NCBI GenBank assembly: GCA_963728565.1
Contig: CAVSLC010000002.1
Span: forward strand, 1 to 64,000
Origin: an uncultured delta proteobacterium
GTDB taxonomy: Bacteria > Desulfobacterota > Binatia > UBA9968
Length of the DNA: 64,000 bases
Direction: 5' to 3'
Shown here: positions 50,321 to 61,349 of the stretch, in pieces
Numbering within the stretch: the stretch's first letter is position 1
Layout: the number at the start of each line of letters is the position of its first letter
Position numbers and translations under genes: made by a program
The notes under the pieces: model-generated
Seen by the model: the letters and a program-made list of their open reading frames with translations, nothing else
Databases searched by the model: none
Told to the model about the DNA's origin: nothing

Positions 50321-51355
50321 ATGTCCCCCGTCATTCTTCAGGTGTCCAATTTGTCAGATTGTCAAGATTGAAAATTGCTACGCCAAAATCGCTGAAATCG
50401 GACGCTGCAGCAAATCTCCAGCACTCTTGTCATGTGACGCAAATGTAACTCATATGAGAGTCGCCGGCTCAGTTAAGCACAATCGGCGAGATCATTTCAG
50501 TGCTGAGCCCGAAAATTGAAGGCTGACTTGATCAGCCCGTGATGTAAAAACTAAGGATGAAGCGGAATGATTGCTGACGTTCCTAGAGCGAGTGTAAACG
50601 ATTGTCAAGAAAAAAAGATCTTAGCAAAGAATTCTTTTCCCATGGGGCGATCAGTGTATAAAGAGCTCGGTCAATGCACGTCGAAGCTAAATAATATGAT
50701 CAGCAGCGTCTTGTCGCACGCAGTTGCAATGAGATCACGACAGGACGCGCACCACGCCGCGCCCACTGTCCCAATCTCTACCTGATGGTCCCGGAGTAAC
50801 TCTTGCCTCAGCGATCGATGGATGAAAACTCTTGCTTGCGCTCCATGGCCTCACTGCAACATCTAACTAAGCAGTCCGCAAAAGCGCTCGCCCGTTGACT
50901 TACCCATGACGTTCAATTGATTTTCAATACCGCTGACCATGACCGTGAACGTAGGCCATAGTTGACAAGCGGCCAAATCTCGTAACCGTATCGGTGACTC
51001 TGCACGCCATCTCACCCACCCACTCTGTGCAATATGTTTCTGCCCTCATGCAGACCTTCGCCCCGTCGGTCGCCATGATCATCTCTCTGTGCTCAGAGGC
51101 ATTCAGGCAGGCAGCACTGTCGATCCTTTTAGAGGATCACGATTCACAGTCATGGCTGTTGCACAGCGGCGGCATCAAGCAGCACTGCCAAGGCCGATGC
51201 TCAATCGCGCGTCAGTGAGCCGTAACGGCTAATCACGATAGCTCTGAGAGCTGTGCTGATAGATACCTCCGCCCGACTTCGCCAAAGATGCTAATTCAAA
51301 TTATCCTTGCAAAGAACAAAGCATATGATAAATTCCGTGTCCCCGTAGTCTAGGG

Positions 51356-51634
51356 ATGTCGGCCAGGAGGTTAACTCCAATGGTATGGGACGTGATGATT
51401 GCAGCGGCATTCGTTGTTGTATCTATAGCGATCCTTGCTTGCTTCTCTGTTAAGTCCCTTCTCACCTCGTTAAACAAGCCTCACCAAGTAGCTTCGCAAC
51501 ACAGTCTGTTATCTCATGACGCCACTGCGCCAAGGTCCAATACAAAACTCAACATTGCGGGGCCCCAAGTCGAAGGCAAGAAAACGGCTACGCGGTTCGG
51601 ATTAAGCGGAGGACGATATGACGCGGGAAGATAA
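51356..51634 (+). CDS. Hypothetical single-TM protein
   Basis: Hydrophobic N-terminal segment; AGGAGG before the second Met. Confidence 0.4.
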   Translation: MSARRLTPMVWDVMIAAAFVVVSIAILACFSVKSLLTSLNKPHQVASQHSLLSHDATAPRSNTKLNIAGPQVEGKKTATRFGLSGGRYDAGR

Positions 51635-52078
51635 ACTTCGGCTGGTGGAACTGGGCAAGTTTGGAATCAGCATCGCGGATCGGGAATGGATTCTGGCTCC
51701 TATCGATCGGCAGACTGCGGAGATCGAAATTTGAAGGCAAGGGAACGCGGCTTGGCTTGCTATCGTTTGCGGCATAGTTGAGAGCCACCATGATTTCATT
51801 GACGTTGATACACGCAGTACCTTTCACTTTATCTGCCGGTCGCTCGTGGGTTGAGGGCAAACAACTTGTCGGTTACCTACATTCGTCGAGATCAGCGACA
51901 CGTTTACTCTATTCGCACGCGCTGTGATTCGGCCTCGCTTAGCGCAAGGCGAATCAGGGCTGGCATGAATGATAAAGGATATCCTCCAGAATAGAACCAT
52001 AGACAAGTGATAAGGAACAGCAGTAAAAGGCAGCCATAAGAAAACGGTCCTCCGGTTCTTGCTGCTGTTATGTTCATT

Positions 52079-52273
52079 TGCCGCCAAGCCGCGGCTGCTC
52101 CGTTCGCGTTACAAGCATCGAAGATGCTGATCAATCGGAGCGAGGAATGGGATTTAGCCACGGGACTCGAATTTGAAGCGCGCACTTTCGCGGCTATCGC
52201 GCACACGCACGATCTGACTGAGGGAACGAAAGCCTTCTTGGAGAAGCGTAAAGCAAATTTTACCGGCAATTAG
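52079..52273 (+). pseudogene. Enoyl-CoA hydratase C-terminal fragment
   Basis: APFALQASKMLIN...GLEFEA...DLTEGTKAFLEKRKANF; N-terminal three quarters absent. Confidence 0.8.
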
Positions 52274-52276
52274 CAG

Positions 52277-53056
52277 ATGAAGGATCTCGCTGGAAAAATC
52301 GTCCTCGTCACCGGCGCGGCACGCGGCATCGGCAAAGCCATCGCCCTAGCGTTTGGCGCTGAGCAAAGCCGCGTGGTCCTCACTGGCAGAACCGCAGCCG
52401 CGCTTGAAGAAGTCGCGGCAATGCTACGCTCCACAGGCGCTGAAGTGTTGGCACGGCGATGCGATGTGAGTCAAAAGCCGCAGGTGGAAAGTCTTCGGCA
52501 GGAAATCGAAAAATGTTTTGGTGCAGTCGAAATTCTCGTGAACAATGCCGGGGTCGCGCCGGCGGCAGATTTCCTGGAGATGGCCGACGAGCTGTGGGGT
52601 GACGTCATGCGTGTCAATGTAAACGGGGCCTATAACTGCTGCAAAGCCTTTTTGGCGCCCATGATCGACGCCCGCTGGGGGCGCATCATCAACATCGCTT
52701 CGACCGTGGCCCGGATTGCTTATCCGGGAATCGCCGCATATGCGACATCCAAACACGCAAGCCTCGGCCTGACGCGCGCGTTGGCTGTGGAAACCGCTAG
52801 ATCGGGGGTCACGGTGAACGCGGTATGCCCGGGCTACGTCAATACCGAGTTGACCCGCGAAAACGCACGGCGACTGGCCGAAAAACGCGGCCAATCGCTG
52901 GAGCAGGCACTCGCGATGCTCGCGGCGAGCTGTCCGCAACGGCGTCTGATCGAGCCGGAAGAAGTTGCCTATGTGACATTGATGCTGGCATCGGATCGCG
53001 CCCGGGGCATCACCGGCCAGGCGATCCAAGTCGACGGCGGCGCCGTCATGGCTTGA
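52277..53056 (+). CDS. SDR family oxidoreductase
   Basis: TGAARGIG, NNAG, YATSK, NAVCPG, ITGQAIQVDGG. Confidence 0.93.
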   Translation: MKDLAGKIVLVTGAARGIGKAIALAFGAEQSRVVLTGRTAAALEEVAAMLRSTGAEVLARRCDVSQKPQVESLRQEIEKCFGAVEILVNNAGVAPAADFLEMADELWGDVMRVNVNGAYNCCKAFLAPMIDARWGRIINIASTVARIAYPGIAAYATSKHASLGLTRALAVETARSGVTVNAVCPGYVNTELTRENARRLAEKRGQSLEQALAMLAASCPQRRLIEPEEVAYVTLMLASDRARGITGQAIQVDGGAVMA

Positions 53057-53087
53057 ACAGAAACGAGAACTGCAAGGAGATCCTCGG

Positions 53088-53882
53088 ATGAGTTATTCCG
53101 GTTTTGTTTTCGAGAACAACGACGGCGTCGCGACGATCCGGCTCAATGACCCGGACAAGCTCAATGCGCTAACTTTTCAGACTTACGCCGACCTGGAAAA
53201 AATCACCTCGGAATTCGCCCATGACCCTACCGTCAAGGTCGTTGTGCTCACGGGAACCGGCAAAGGTTTTTGTTCCGGTGGTCGAGTCGACGACATCATC
53301 GGGCCGCTGCTCAAAATGAAAGGCGACGAGCTTTATAAGTTCACCCGGATGACCTGCAATGTGGTCAAGAATATGCGCAGCTTGAAAAAGCCGATCATCG
53401 CCGCAGTCAACGGCATTGCCGCAGGCGCCGGCGCAATGCTCATGCTGGCGTCGGATCTGCGCCTCTTCTCAGACAAAGCGCGGGTGGCGTTTCTATTCGT
53501 AAAAGTCGGTTTATCGGGCGCCGATATGGGCGCGCTCTATTTGCTGCCGAGAATCGTCGGCCTGGGAAAAGCCACCGAGCTGGTCTACTTCGGCGACACC
53601 ATCGATGCCCACGAAGCGCAGCGCATCGGCTTGGCCAACCGCGTGGTGCCGGGTGACACTTTGATGGACGAAGCCTACAAATGGGCTAACCGGTTGAGGG
53701 ATGGGCCGCTCTATGCGCTCGGGGTTACCAAGGAGCTGCTCGAATACGAAGCAAACGTGGATTTAGCAACCGCACTGGAAATGGAAGCCATGGCGCAGGC
53801 GCGGTGTATGGAAAGACCGGATTTCATCGAGGGCTATAATGCGTTTACTGAAAAACGTCCGCTACGATTTAACCGCAGCTGA
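53088..53882 (+). CDS. Enoyl-CoA hydratase/isomerase family protein
   Basis: FCSGG, PIIAAVNGIAAGAG, GLSGADMG, LPRIVGLG. Confidence 0.92.
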   Translation: MSYSGFVFENNDGVATIRLNDPDKLNALTFQTYADLEKITSEFAHDPTVKVVVLTGTGKGFCSGGRVDDIIGPLLKMKGDELYKFTRMTCNVVKNMRSLKKPIIAAVNGIAAGAGAMLMLASDLRLFSDKARVAFLFVKVGLSGADMGALYLLPRIVGLGKATELVYFGDTIDAHEAQRIGLANRVVPGDTLMDEAYKWANRLRDGPLYALGVTKELLEYEANVDLATALEMEAMAQARCMERPDFIEGYNAFTEKRPLRFNRS

Positions 53883-54074
53883 CCCAGCGCTGGGCCGGGC
53901 TTGGAAGAAGAGATGGAAAGCAGACCTTATCGCAAAGGTCGCCGAGGGCATCACGAAACAAGGATGAGAAATCCATGTCGAAACCCTGCCGACCTTCTTT
54001 GTTCGCGGTGAGATAGATTTTCGGTGCGCCAAGTTAAGAGTTTCACCGGCATAAACACAGGGTTGGATGACGAT

Positions 54075-54520
54075 ATGAAAAAAGAGATTTACGTCAGAAA
54101 CCTGGAGAAGCGCGATCTACCTGCGATGGTTTAGCTGGAGGAGCGCCAGACCGGAATAGCGCGTCCCGCGTACCGGGAGAAGAGAAATTGATCTCCGGGG
54201 CCTTTCGGCGTCACTGGGACTCTTGGGTCGCCGAGGTCGACACCGCGTCGTCGGCTTTGTGTGGGGACACTCCAGTGAATCTGAGTTCGGATTACCCGGC
54301 ACCATCACGTGGATTGAAATAATCGGAGGTGGAGCCGGCGCATCGCGGGCAAGGGATCACCCAGAAACTCGTCGGACCGTTCGCCGAATCGGCTGAAGAC
54401 CATGGCATCAAAAGCCATCACTCTGGTGAGCAACAGCCGGACCGAGATGCAGCTTTTTTCAGCAGACTGGGTTTCGTTTACGGCAAGATGCTGCACTATC
54501 AAAAGGAGCTTTCCGTTTAA
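54075..54520 (+). pseudogene. GNAT acetyltransferase, multiply disrupted
   Basis: YVRNLEKRDL, internal stop, RVVGFV, EFGLPG, VEPAHRGQGI, FFSRLGF across frames. Confidence 0.75.
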
Positions 54521-54529
54521 ACCGCGATT

Positions 54530-55690
54530 ATGGAATTTCTAGACGATGACCAATCCCGGAGTCTGCGCCAAAAAGTCCATTCCTGGACGCGCAAGAATCC
54601 GCTTGATGTCGAGCCCAGTTCAGAAACGCTTGAACGCAACGCTTGCGAACTGGCCCAACGACTCGGCCGAGAGGGCTTAACGGCTTATGCGATTCCCGGT
54701 CGTTACGGGGGCATGCGCGATACCGTTCAGGCGCGCGATCTGTGTGTGATCCGCGAGGAATTGGCGTCCCATGCAGCTCTAGCCGACGTGATGTTCGGCG
54801 TCCAGGCTCTCGGCAGCTATCCTATTGTCATCGCCGGCACGGAAGAACAAAAGAAAAGATACTTGCCGGCTCTAGCGAGCGCAGAAAGTCTCATTGCCTT
54901 CGCCTTGAGCGAACCCGAAGCGGGATCGGATGCTGCGGCGATTAGCAGCGAGGCCCAAAGGGTCAGCGGCGGTTACCGCTTGCACGGAGTCAAGCGATTT
55001 ATCTCGAACGCGGGCATCGCTCAGATTTACGTCGTTTTCGCGTCGACCACACCGGCCGCCAAGGCCAAAGGCATCAGCGCCTTTATCGTGCCGGCCGATA
55101 CTCCCGGCTTCACCGTCAAGGAAAAAACCCGATTGCTTTCACCTCATCCGATCGGCGTCCTGGCCTTTGACGATTGTTTTGTGGCGCAACAGCAACGGCT
55201 CGGCAGCGAAGGCGATGGGCTCAATATCGCGTACCGCACTCTGGACACCTTGCGCTCGACCGTCGGCGCCGCTGCCGTGGGCTTTGCCCGCAGAGCGTTG
55301 GCTGAAGCGATCTCTTATAGCCAGCGGCGGCGACAATTCGGTCGAGCGATCGGCGAGTTTCAAGGGATTCAATTTAAGATCGCCGAGATGGCGGCAGATC
55401 TGGAGGCGGCGCGCCTGCTCGTCTATCAAGCCGCCTGGGCTCATGACATGCACGACCCGGAGTTGCGGCTCAAATCATCCATCGCCAAGCTCTTTGCCAC
55501 AGAAGCGGCGCAGAGAATCGTCGACCAGGGATTGCAGATTCACGGCGGTAACGGTGTGGTGGCGGGTCATATCATGGAACGGCTTTACCGCGACGTGCGC
55601 GCTCTGCGCATTTACGAAGGGTCCTCCGAGATACAAAAATTAGTGATCGCCAAAAACCTGATCCATAAGGAGCGTCCTCATGGACTTTGA
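54530..55690 (+). CDS. Acyl-CoA dehydrogenase
   Basis: FALSEPEAGSD, GVKRFISNAG, RRQFG, QIHGG, YRDVRALRIYEGSSEIQ. Confidence 0.94.
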   Translation: MEFLDDDQSRSLRQKVHSWTRKNPLDVEPSSETLERNACELAQRLGREGLTAYAIPGRYGGMRDTVQARDLCVIREELASHAALADVMFGVQALGSYPIVIAGTEEQKKRYLPALASAESLIAFALSEPEAGSDAAAISSEAQRVSGGYRLHGVKRFISNAGIAQIYVVFASTTPAAKAKGISAFIVPADTPGFTVKEKTRLLSPHPIGVLAFDDCFVAQQQRLGSEGDGLNIAYRTLDTLRSTVGAAAVGFARRALAEAISYSQRRRQFGRAIGEFQGIQFKIAEMAADLEAARLLVYQAAWAHDMHDPELRLKSSIAKLFATEAAQRIVDQGLQIHGGNGVVAGHIMERLYRDVRALRIYEGSSEIQKLVIAKNLIHKERPHGL

Positions 55691-55810
55691 GTAAATGCAA
55701 GAGCTCTCCGAGGTTCAAAAACTCGCCCACGATTTCGCCTAGAAGAAGTCGCGCCGAGCGTCGCGCTGCATGACCGAGATCGTAATCCCGGGCGGAGATT
55801 GTGAGACCGG
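55680..55810 (+). pseudogene. N-terminal fragment of a second acyl-CoA dehydrogenase
   Basis: MDFE*MQELSEVQKLAHDFA*K..APSVA; SD AAGGAG. Confidence 0.6.
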
Positions 55811-55848
55811 AGTTGTACGAGTCATGCGCTATTCTCTGGCATGAATTT

Positions 55849-55986
55849 AAATCCGATATCTGAATATCGAACCGAAACAAGTTCAAAATTCAAATATTAA
55901 ATCAAAAAACGCTGATGGCGTGTTTGAAATTTGCGTATTTTATCATTTGCATTTGTTTCGAGCTGCGGGTTTAGTGCTTCGAATTT
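55849..55986. repeat. AT-rich imperfect inverted repeat (MITE/REP-like)
   Basis: AAATCCGA...CGAAACAAGTTCAAAATTCAAAT pairs imperfectly with ATTTGCATTTGTTTCG...TTCGAATTT. Confidence 0.55.
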
Positions 55987-56049
55987 CCCCCCCGGGCGCT
56001 GGCGCCCTGAGGAACTCTCCTTTACAGGAATCTCAACGGCGCGCTGAGA

Positions 56050-58134
56050 TCATGAGATCGAGTGACGAGCGCTGCCGTCTCCGTCAGCGGGCAACATTCG
56101 GGTCTCCAGCGGCGGCGCTGGCGGGAGCCCCGTCACCTCGAGAATCTCCTGCTCGTTGAGAGTCTCACGCGCCAACAAGGCTTCGACGAGCGCATCCAGT
56201 TGCTTACGGTGCGCCATCAACAGACGCTTGGCCTGATCGTGGCTGTCGCCGATAATCTTGCGTACCTCGGCATCGATGGCTTCAGCGGTGTCTTCGCTGA
56301 AGGCCCGCGAACCTGCGTAATCGCCGGAGCTGTTCAAATAGGGGTTCTCTCGTGGCGCAAGCTGCACCAATCCAAGGCGGTCGCTCATTCCCCAGCGGGT
56401 CACCATGCGCCGGGCAATACCCGTAGCCTGTTCGATGTCGCTTTCGGCGCCAGTAGTCTTGGTGCCGTAGACAATCTCCTCGGCGGCGCGCCCGCCGAGC
56501 ATGCCGACGATGCGCGCGCGAAGATAGGCTTCCGGGTAATTGTAGCGGTCGCTGTCCGGCCGCTGATAGGTGACGCCGAGCGCCTGGCCACGCGGCACGA
56601 TCGTTACCCGGTTTACCGGGTCAGCGCCCGGCACCACCAAGCCGAGGATGGCATGTCCGCCTTCGTGGTAGGCGATACGTTCCTTGTCGGCGCGGCTGAG
56701 CAGCAGAGGGCGCTCGGGGCCGAGGACGATTTTCTCCAGCGCATCGAGGAAATCTTTGTAACGAACCTCGTTCTGCTCGCGGCGGGCTGCCAGCAGCGCC
56801 GCCTCATTGACTAGATTTTTCAAATCTGCCCCCGAGAACCCCGGCGTCGCGGCGGCAATCTCCTCTAAGTTTGCGTCGTTCGCCAGCGGCACGCCGCGGG
56901 TGTGGACTTTGAGGATCGCCTCGCGCCCGATTTTATCCGGCAGGTTAACCACCACCCGTCGGTCGAAGCGTCCGGGCCGCAGGAGCGCTTTGTCGAGCAC
57001 GTCGGGCTGATTGGTTGCGGCCAAAACGATGATGCCCTCCCGGCTCGAGAAGCCGTCCATTTCAGTGAGAATTTGATTGAGGGTCTGTTCCTGCTCGCTC
57101 GATCCGCCGATCGCTACCTGTCCCCGCGCCCGTCCGATAGCGTCCAATTCGTCAATGAAGACGATCGCGGGCGCGTTCTCTCTCGCCTGCTTGAACAGAT
57201 CCCGCACCCTCGCGGCGCCCACTCCGACGATCATCTCGACAAACTCCGCGGCGCTCATCGAGAAGAACGGCACGCCCGCTTCTCCGGCGACCGCCTTCGC
57301 CAGCAGCGTCTTGCCTGTGCCCGGCGCGCCGATCAGCAGCACGCCTTTCGGAGCGGCCCCGCCAAGACGGGTGTACTTCTTGGGATCCTTGAGGAAATCG
57401 ACGATCTCGACCAGTTCATTTTCGGCTTCGTCGATGCCAGCGACGTCGTTGAAAGTAACCTTGGTATCCTTCTCCTGATCATAACGGCGCGCCTTGCTCC
57501 TGCCGATCCCCATTAACCCGCCCATGCCGCCGCCCTGCTGCGCCGCACGCCGGAACATCCAGACGTAAAAGCCGATGAATAGCAGGGCCGGGCCAAATCC
57601 AAAGAGAAGCGTAGACAAGGGGCCGCCGCCTTCGTCGATCGGTTTAGCGCTGATCTCGACACCGTTGTCGATCAAGAATGACTCCAGCCCCGGATCGACA
57701 AAGGCCGGCAGTGTAGTCGTGAAGTTCGTCGCCGTTTTCGGCGCGGGGCGGGGAGTCGCGCCGCGCTCTCTCGGCTGTTTGCTTTCCTTGCTGGCGGCTT
57801 CGCTTTTTTCCTCCTTAGGCGGATAGGTGACGGCGGTCTTGAAGCGGCCGGTGATCGACTCACCCTGGCTGTAGATCGACTCGACATTGCCCTTGCCGAT
57901 TTCCTCTTTGAACAGAGTATAGGGGATCGTGACCGGCGCTTCTGGACTCGGAATGAGAAGTCTCATTACCAAATAGTTTGCGAGTAAAATGCCGACAAAC
58001 CAGAGCCAGGTTCTGCCGGGCGGCATCTTCCACTGCTGGGCGCTCTTCGCGTCTCCAGGCTTATTGTTGGACGACTGAAGACGGCTGGCCGGACCGGAGT
58101 CGCCGCGTCTTGTCTGCTGCCCCGTCGGACTCAT
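56050..58134 (-). CDS. ftsH: ATP-dependent zinc metalloprotease FtsH
   Basis: Two TMs, [38 protein letters not shown]. Confidence 0.96.
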   Translation of the reverse strand: MSPTGQQTRRGDSGPASRLQSSNNKPGDAKSAQQWKMPPGRTWLWFVGILLANYLVMRLLIPSPEAPVTIPYTLFKEEIGKGNVESIYSQGESITGRFKTAVTYPPKEEKSEAASKESKQPRERGATPRPAPKTATNFTTTLPAFVDPGLESFLIDNGVEISAKPIDEGGGPLSTLLFGFGPALLFIGFYVWMFRRAAQQGGGMGGLMGIGRSKARRYDQEKDTKVTFNDVAGIDEAENELVEIVDFLKDPKKYTRLGGAAPKGVLLIGAPGTGKTLLAKAVAGEAGVPFFSMSAAEFVEMIVGVGAARVRDLFKQARENAPAIVFIDELDAIGRARGQVAIGGSSEQEQTLNQILTEMDGFSSREGIIVLAATNQPDVLDKALLRPGRFDRRVVVNLPDKIGREAILKVHTRGVPLANDANLEEIAAATPGFSGADLKNLVNEAALLAARREQNEVRYKDFLDALEKIVLGPERPLLLSRADKERIAYHEGGHAILGLVVPGADPVNRVTIVPRGQALGVTYQRPDSDRYNYPEAYLRARIVGMLGGRAAEEIVYGTKTTGAESDIEQATGIARRMVTRWGMSDRLGLVQLAPRENPYLNSSGDYAGSRAFSEDTAEAIDAEVRKIIGDSHDQAKRLLMAHRKQLDALVEALLARETLNEQEILEVTGLPPAPPLETRMLPADGDGSARHSIS

Positions 58135-58871
58135 GGAAACCTCCTACCAATACCGTTTTGCCTAACGACAGGCAAAATCCGTGCAATCATGATTGACGAC
58201 TATCATTCACATCCCATGACAACAAGAATAATTATGCTTTTGCTCGATCGATGCACGACGAGTTTTGCGGATGTCTGATAGTGGCGTGCGCATATGCTTC
58301 TTTCTTTGCTGGTCCAGGCTTGCGGGTAATCCCTAGCTCCCGCCCGGCTGCTGTCCGCAAGGAGCTGCGCCCGTAATGCTCACTGGCATGGCCCTCGTCT
58401 AAGATCCGCTCACTGCGCCCCATTGAGAGAAGCGACTTACCTTGATCGGTCCGCTCATAGTTGTAGGCTCAAATATGAGGACAGACTGGAGCTAAACCAG
58501 CGTGTTCGAAATGCCGATGCGATTCTGATCGTGACAACGCCGCCGAGCGTTTCGGATGCGCCGGGTAACCTCACGGATGAGGCAGACGAAAGATCATACC
58601 CGCCGGCTGCTCCGGCATCTTCCGGAGTGGACCGGGCGAGTCGCGAATCCAAACAGCTATCTAAGCTGTGATTGCCGTCAAAGAGCGGGCGAATTTTCGA
58701 CATAGATCTAGTGATTCAAGCCGCAAGAGCGATTGAAAAAATGAATCAATCAGATGAAGCGCCGTGTATGCGGTTTGGTCTTTCTTCATATTTGCCGATG
58801 AACGAACATCCGGCTCCCGGCCTCAGAGGCGCGCGCAGCAAGCAGAAGTCAAGTTACGAAAGGTCGAACCT

Positions 58872-59318
58872 ATGTCTGATCCGCAATTGATTCGTTGTCC
58901 CTCCTGCGGCGCTACTAACCGAGTGCCGCTGGAAAAAATCGCTCAGCGGCTCAAACCCGTATGCGGCCGGTGCAAAACACCTTTATCCGCGGAGACGAAA
59001 CCGGTGACGATCACGGACGCCACGTTTGCGGCCGAAGTCGAGCGCTCCCCTGTGCCGGTGCTGCTCGATATGTGGGCGCCATGGTGCGGACCCTGCCGGA
59101 TGGTAGCGCCGGTGATTGAAGAGCTGGCCGTGGAAATGGCGGGCCGCGTGCGGGTGGCGAAACTCAACGTCGACGAAAATCCGGTGACTGCGGCGCGCTT
59201 CCATGTCCAGAGCATTCCTACTTTGCTCGTGCTCAGGGGAGGGCGCGAAGTGGACCGTATCGTTGGCGTGCAGCCCAAAGCGGCGATCGTTCGGCGGCTG
59301 GAAAGAGCCGCCGCCTAG
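58872..59318 (+). CDS. trxC: Thioredoxin 2 (zinc-finger thioredoxin)
   Basis: CPSC...CGRC zinc finger and WCGPC. Confidence 0.93.
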   Translation: MSDPQLIRCPSCGATNRVPLEKIAQRLKPVCGRCKTPLSAETKPVTITDATFAAEVERSPVPVLLDMWAPWCGPCRMVAPVIEELAVEMAGRVRVAKLNVDENPVTAARFHVQSIPTLLVLRGGREVDRIVGVQPKAAIVRRLERAAA

Positions 59319-59570
59319 GACTCAGGAGTAGCGCCTCACCCTTCCTGGCCGTCGATTCTGTACCTAGCATCTTCTGAAATCCCGATAGACACATTCCGGT
59401 ACACCTGCGGCGCTCTGAGATGCGGTTCCTGAGGTTCTATACAACGGTACTTCGCTCCAGCGGTTAGGTTTTTTTCCGGACGTCAATGCGACCTTTAGGA
59501 ATTGGCTACTCGCCAGGTACACGAAAAAGAAACTACAGTCTATCGGACAGTTCGTCGAAGAGAGGAAGAA

Positions 59571-60791
59571 ATGTCACATAAAGAATTCCAAATGACATCA
59601 TCCGCCGTTCAGCGATGCCGAATGGCAAAGTTGATCGGCGCCATGTTCATCACCTGTTTTGCAAGCGTCGCGCCGCAGCTCGTTCAAGCCCAGGCGCCGC
59701 GCTCGCCCACGCCGGAGTCGGTCAAGGGAGTTGTTGACTTCCAGACGATTGCCAAAGGGATCGAGCACCCCTGGAGCCTGGCTTTCCTCCCGGATGGGCG
59801 GATGCTGGTTACCGAACGATCAGGTCGCTTGCGCGTTGTGAGTTCCGACGGGCGCGTCTCCGAGCCGGTCACAGGAGTCCCGCGGGTCTACGCGAGCGGT
59901 CAAGGCGGGCTCCTGGACGTGGCGCTGAGTCCGGGATTCGATAAAGATCGGTTGGTCTATTTATCTTTCGCCGAATCCGGCGAAGGCGGCGCCGGCACGG
60001 CCATTGCCCGGGGGCGACTCCGTGAAAGTGGGCTTGAGAACACGCAGGTGATCTGGCGACAGCAGCCCAAGGTGAGCGGCTCCAATCACTTCGGGTCGCG
60101 GATCGTGTTTCGCCGCGACGGCACTCTGTTCGTAACTTTGGGCGAACGCTTCAACTATTCCGACGCCGCGCAGGATTTATCCACGACCATAGGCAAGATC
60201 GTCCGCATCAACCCGGACGGCTCGGCGCCGAAGGATAATCCGTTCGTACGACGCGCCGGCGCGCGCCCGGAAATCTGGTCGTACGGTCACCGCAACGTGC
60301 AAGCCGCCGCACTCCATCCCGAGAGCGGGCAGCTCTGGACCGTGGAGCACGGTGCGCGCGGCGGCGACGAGTTGAATCATCCCGAGGCCGGCAAGAATTA
60401 CGGTTGGCCGGTGATCTCCTACGGCCGTCATTACTCTTTTCTTCCAATCGGCGAAGGGACAGCGAAGGAAGGCATGGAGCAACCGGTCTACTATTGGGAC
60501 CCAGTGATTGCGCCCTCGGGGATGGTCTTTTACACGGGTGAGCTGTTCGCGGCCTGGAAGGGTAACATCCTGGTGGGTTCGCTCACTCCCGGCGGATTGG
60601 TGCGGCTGATAATGAAAGACGGCAAAGTCGCGCAAGAAGAACGTTACCTGGGTGATTTAGGAGAGCGCATTCGCGATGTGCGCCAGGCATCGGACGGCTC
60701 GCTCTATCTTCTCACCGATGCGCGCAACGGCCGGATTTTGAGAATCAGGCCGGTGAAAGACGCCTCAGGGCAGGAGTCGCGCCGGCAGTGA
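59571..60791 (+). CDS. PQQ-dependent aldose sugar dehydrogenase (YliI-like), secreted
   Basis: HPWSLAFLPDG, GQGGLLDV, HFGSR, YGHRNVQ, EHGARGGDE, NYGWP, RIRDV; exact start uncertain. Confidence 0.9.
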   Translation: MSHKEFQMTSSAVQRCRMAKLIGAMFITCFASVAPQLVQAQAPRSPTPESVKGVVDFQTIAKGIEHPWSLAFLPDGRMLVTERSGRLRVVSSDGRVSEPVTGVPRVYASGQGGLLDVALSPGFDKDRLVYLSFAESGEGGAGTAIARGRLRESGLENTQVIWRQQPKVSGSNHFGSRIVFRRDGTLFVTLGERFNYSDAAQDLSTTIGKIVRINPDGSAPKDNPFVRRAGARPEIWSYGHRNVQAAALHPESGQLWTVEHGARGGDELNHPEAGKNYGWPVISYGRHYSFLPIGEGTAKEGMEQPVYYWDPVIAPSGMVFYTGELFAAWKGNILVGSLTPGGLVRLIMKDGKVAQEERYLGDLGERIRDVRQASDGSLYLLTDARNGRILRIRPVKDASGQESRRQ

Positions 60792-61349
60792 AGCCGCAGG
60801 CAAACCAGGCGGGTGCTCTCCGAGTTCCATGCTCTGAATGAGCATTTTGAAGAAGCGCTGCGAGCAACTTCGCTCGCTGCCGAAGACGGCGCGGCGACCG
60901 GCAAATTAAAGCTGCCGCAGAATCGAATCTTTGAACGAAAGCGAATTTTTCTTGCTCGATCTGTCGTAGAATGGGACCCTTCAATCGAGTCGTCAGGAGT
61001 CGTATGACCGAGCCAATGCCGGCGATCTTTTTCGGTCTGGCAACCCCATCAACGCCGTGACGGGCAATCCTTATAGTGAAGGTGTGGCGCCGCATCGGCG
61101 AGCAGACGATTAAGCCAAACGCTATTCTGACAAGCTCCGCTAACTGGCTTGCCTCGGAAATTGCCGCGACTTTCAGCGCCGCTGGCACTCTCGTCTGTAG
61201 CGGAGCGCGGTTACTGCGCAATTCCTAAACAAAACCGGCGGGGCATTTTGAGGGCGTCGAACATCGGGCTGGGTAAAAGCTGCTTGCTTGCGCCGAGAGA
61301 TTGATCCGGGCGGACAAAAGATCGGTCCGTGATTCCACGGCCACGATCA

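Noticed and set aside
51618-51734. 38-aa ORF MTREDKLRLVELGKFG... with SD GGAGGA
   Set aside because: Plausible but no recognisable family and possibly truncated; insufficient support
14540-52080. Calling the region a single integrated genomic island
   Set aside because: No integrase, tRNA, att repeat or transposase seen; mosaic composition fits piecemeal accumulation better
53913-53961. HU-like N-terminal remnant (KADLIAKVAEGITK)
   Set aside because: Too short to support a call; no recognisable rest of the gene
58470-58570. Possible NADPH-dependent FMN reductase fragment (RVRNADAILIVT)
   Set aside because: Single short motif with no supporting flanks
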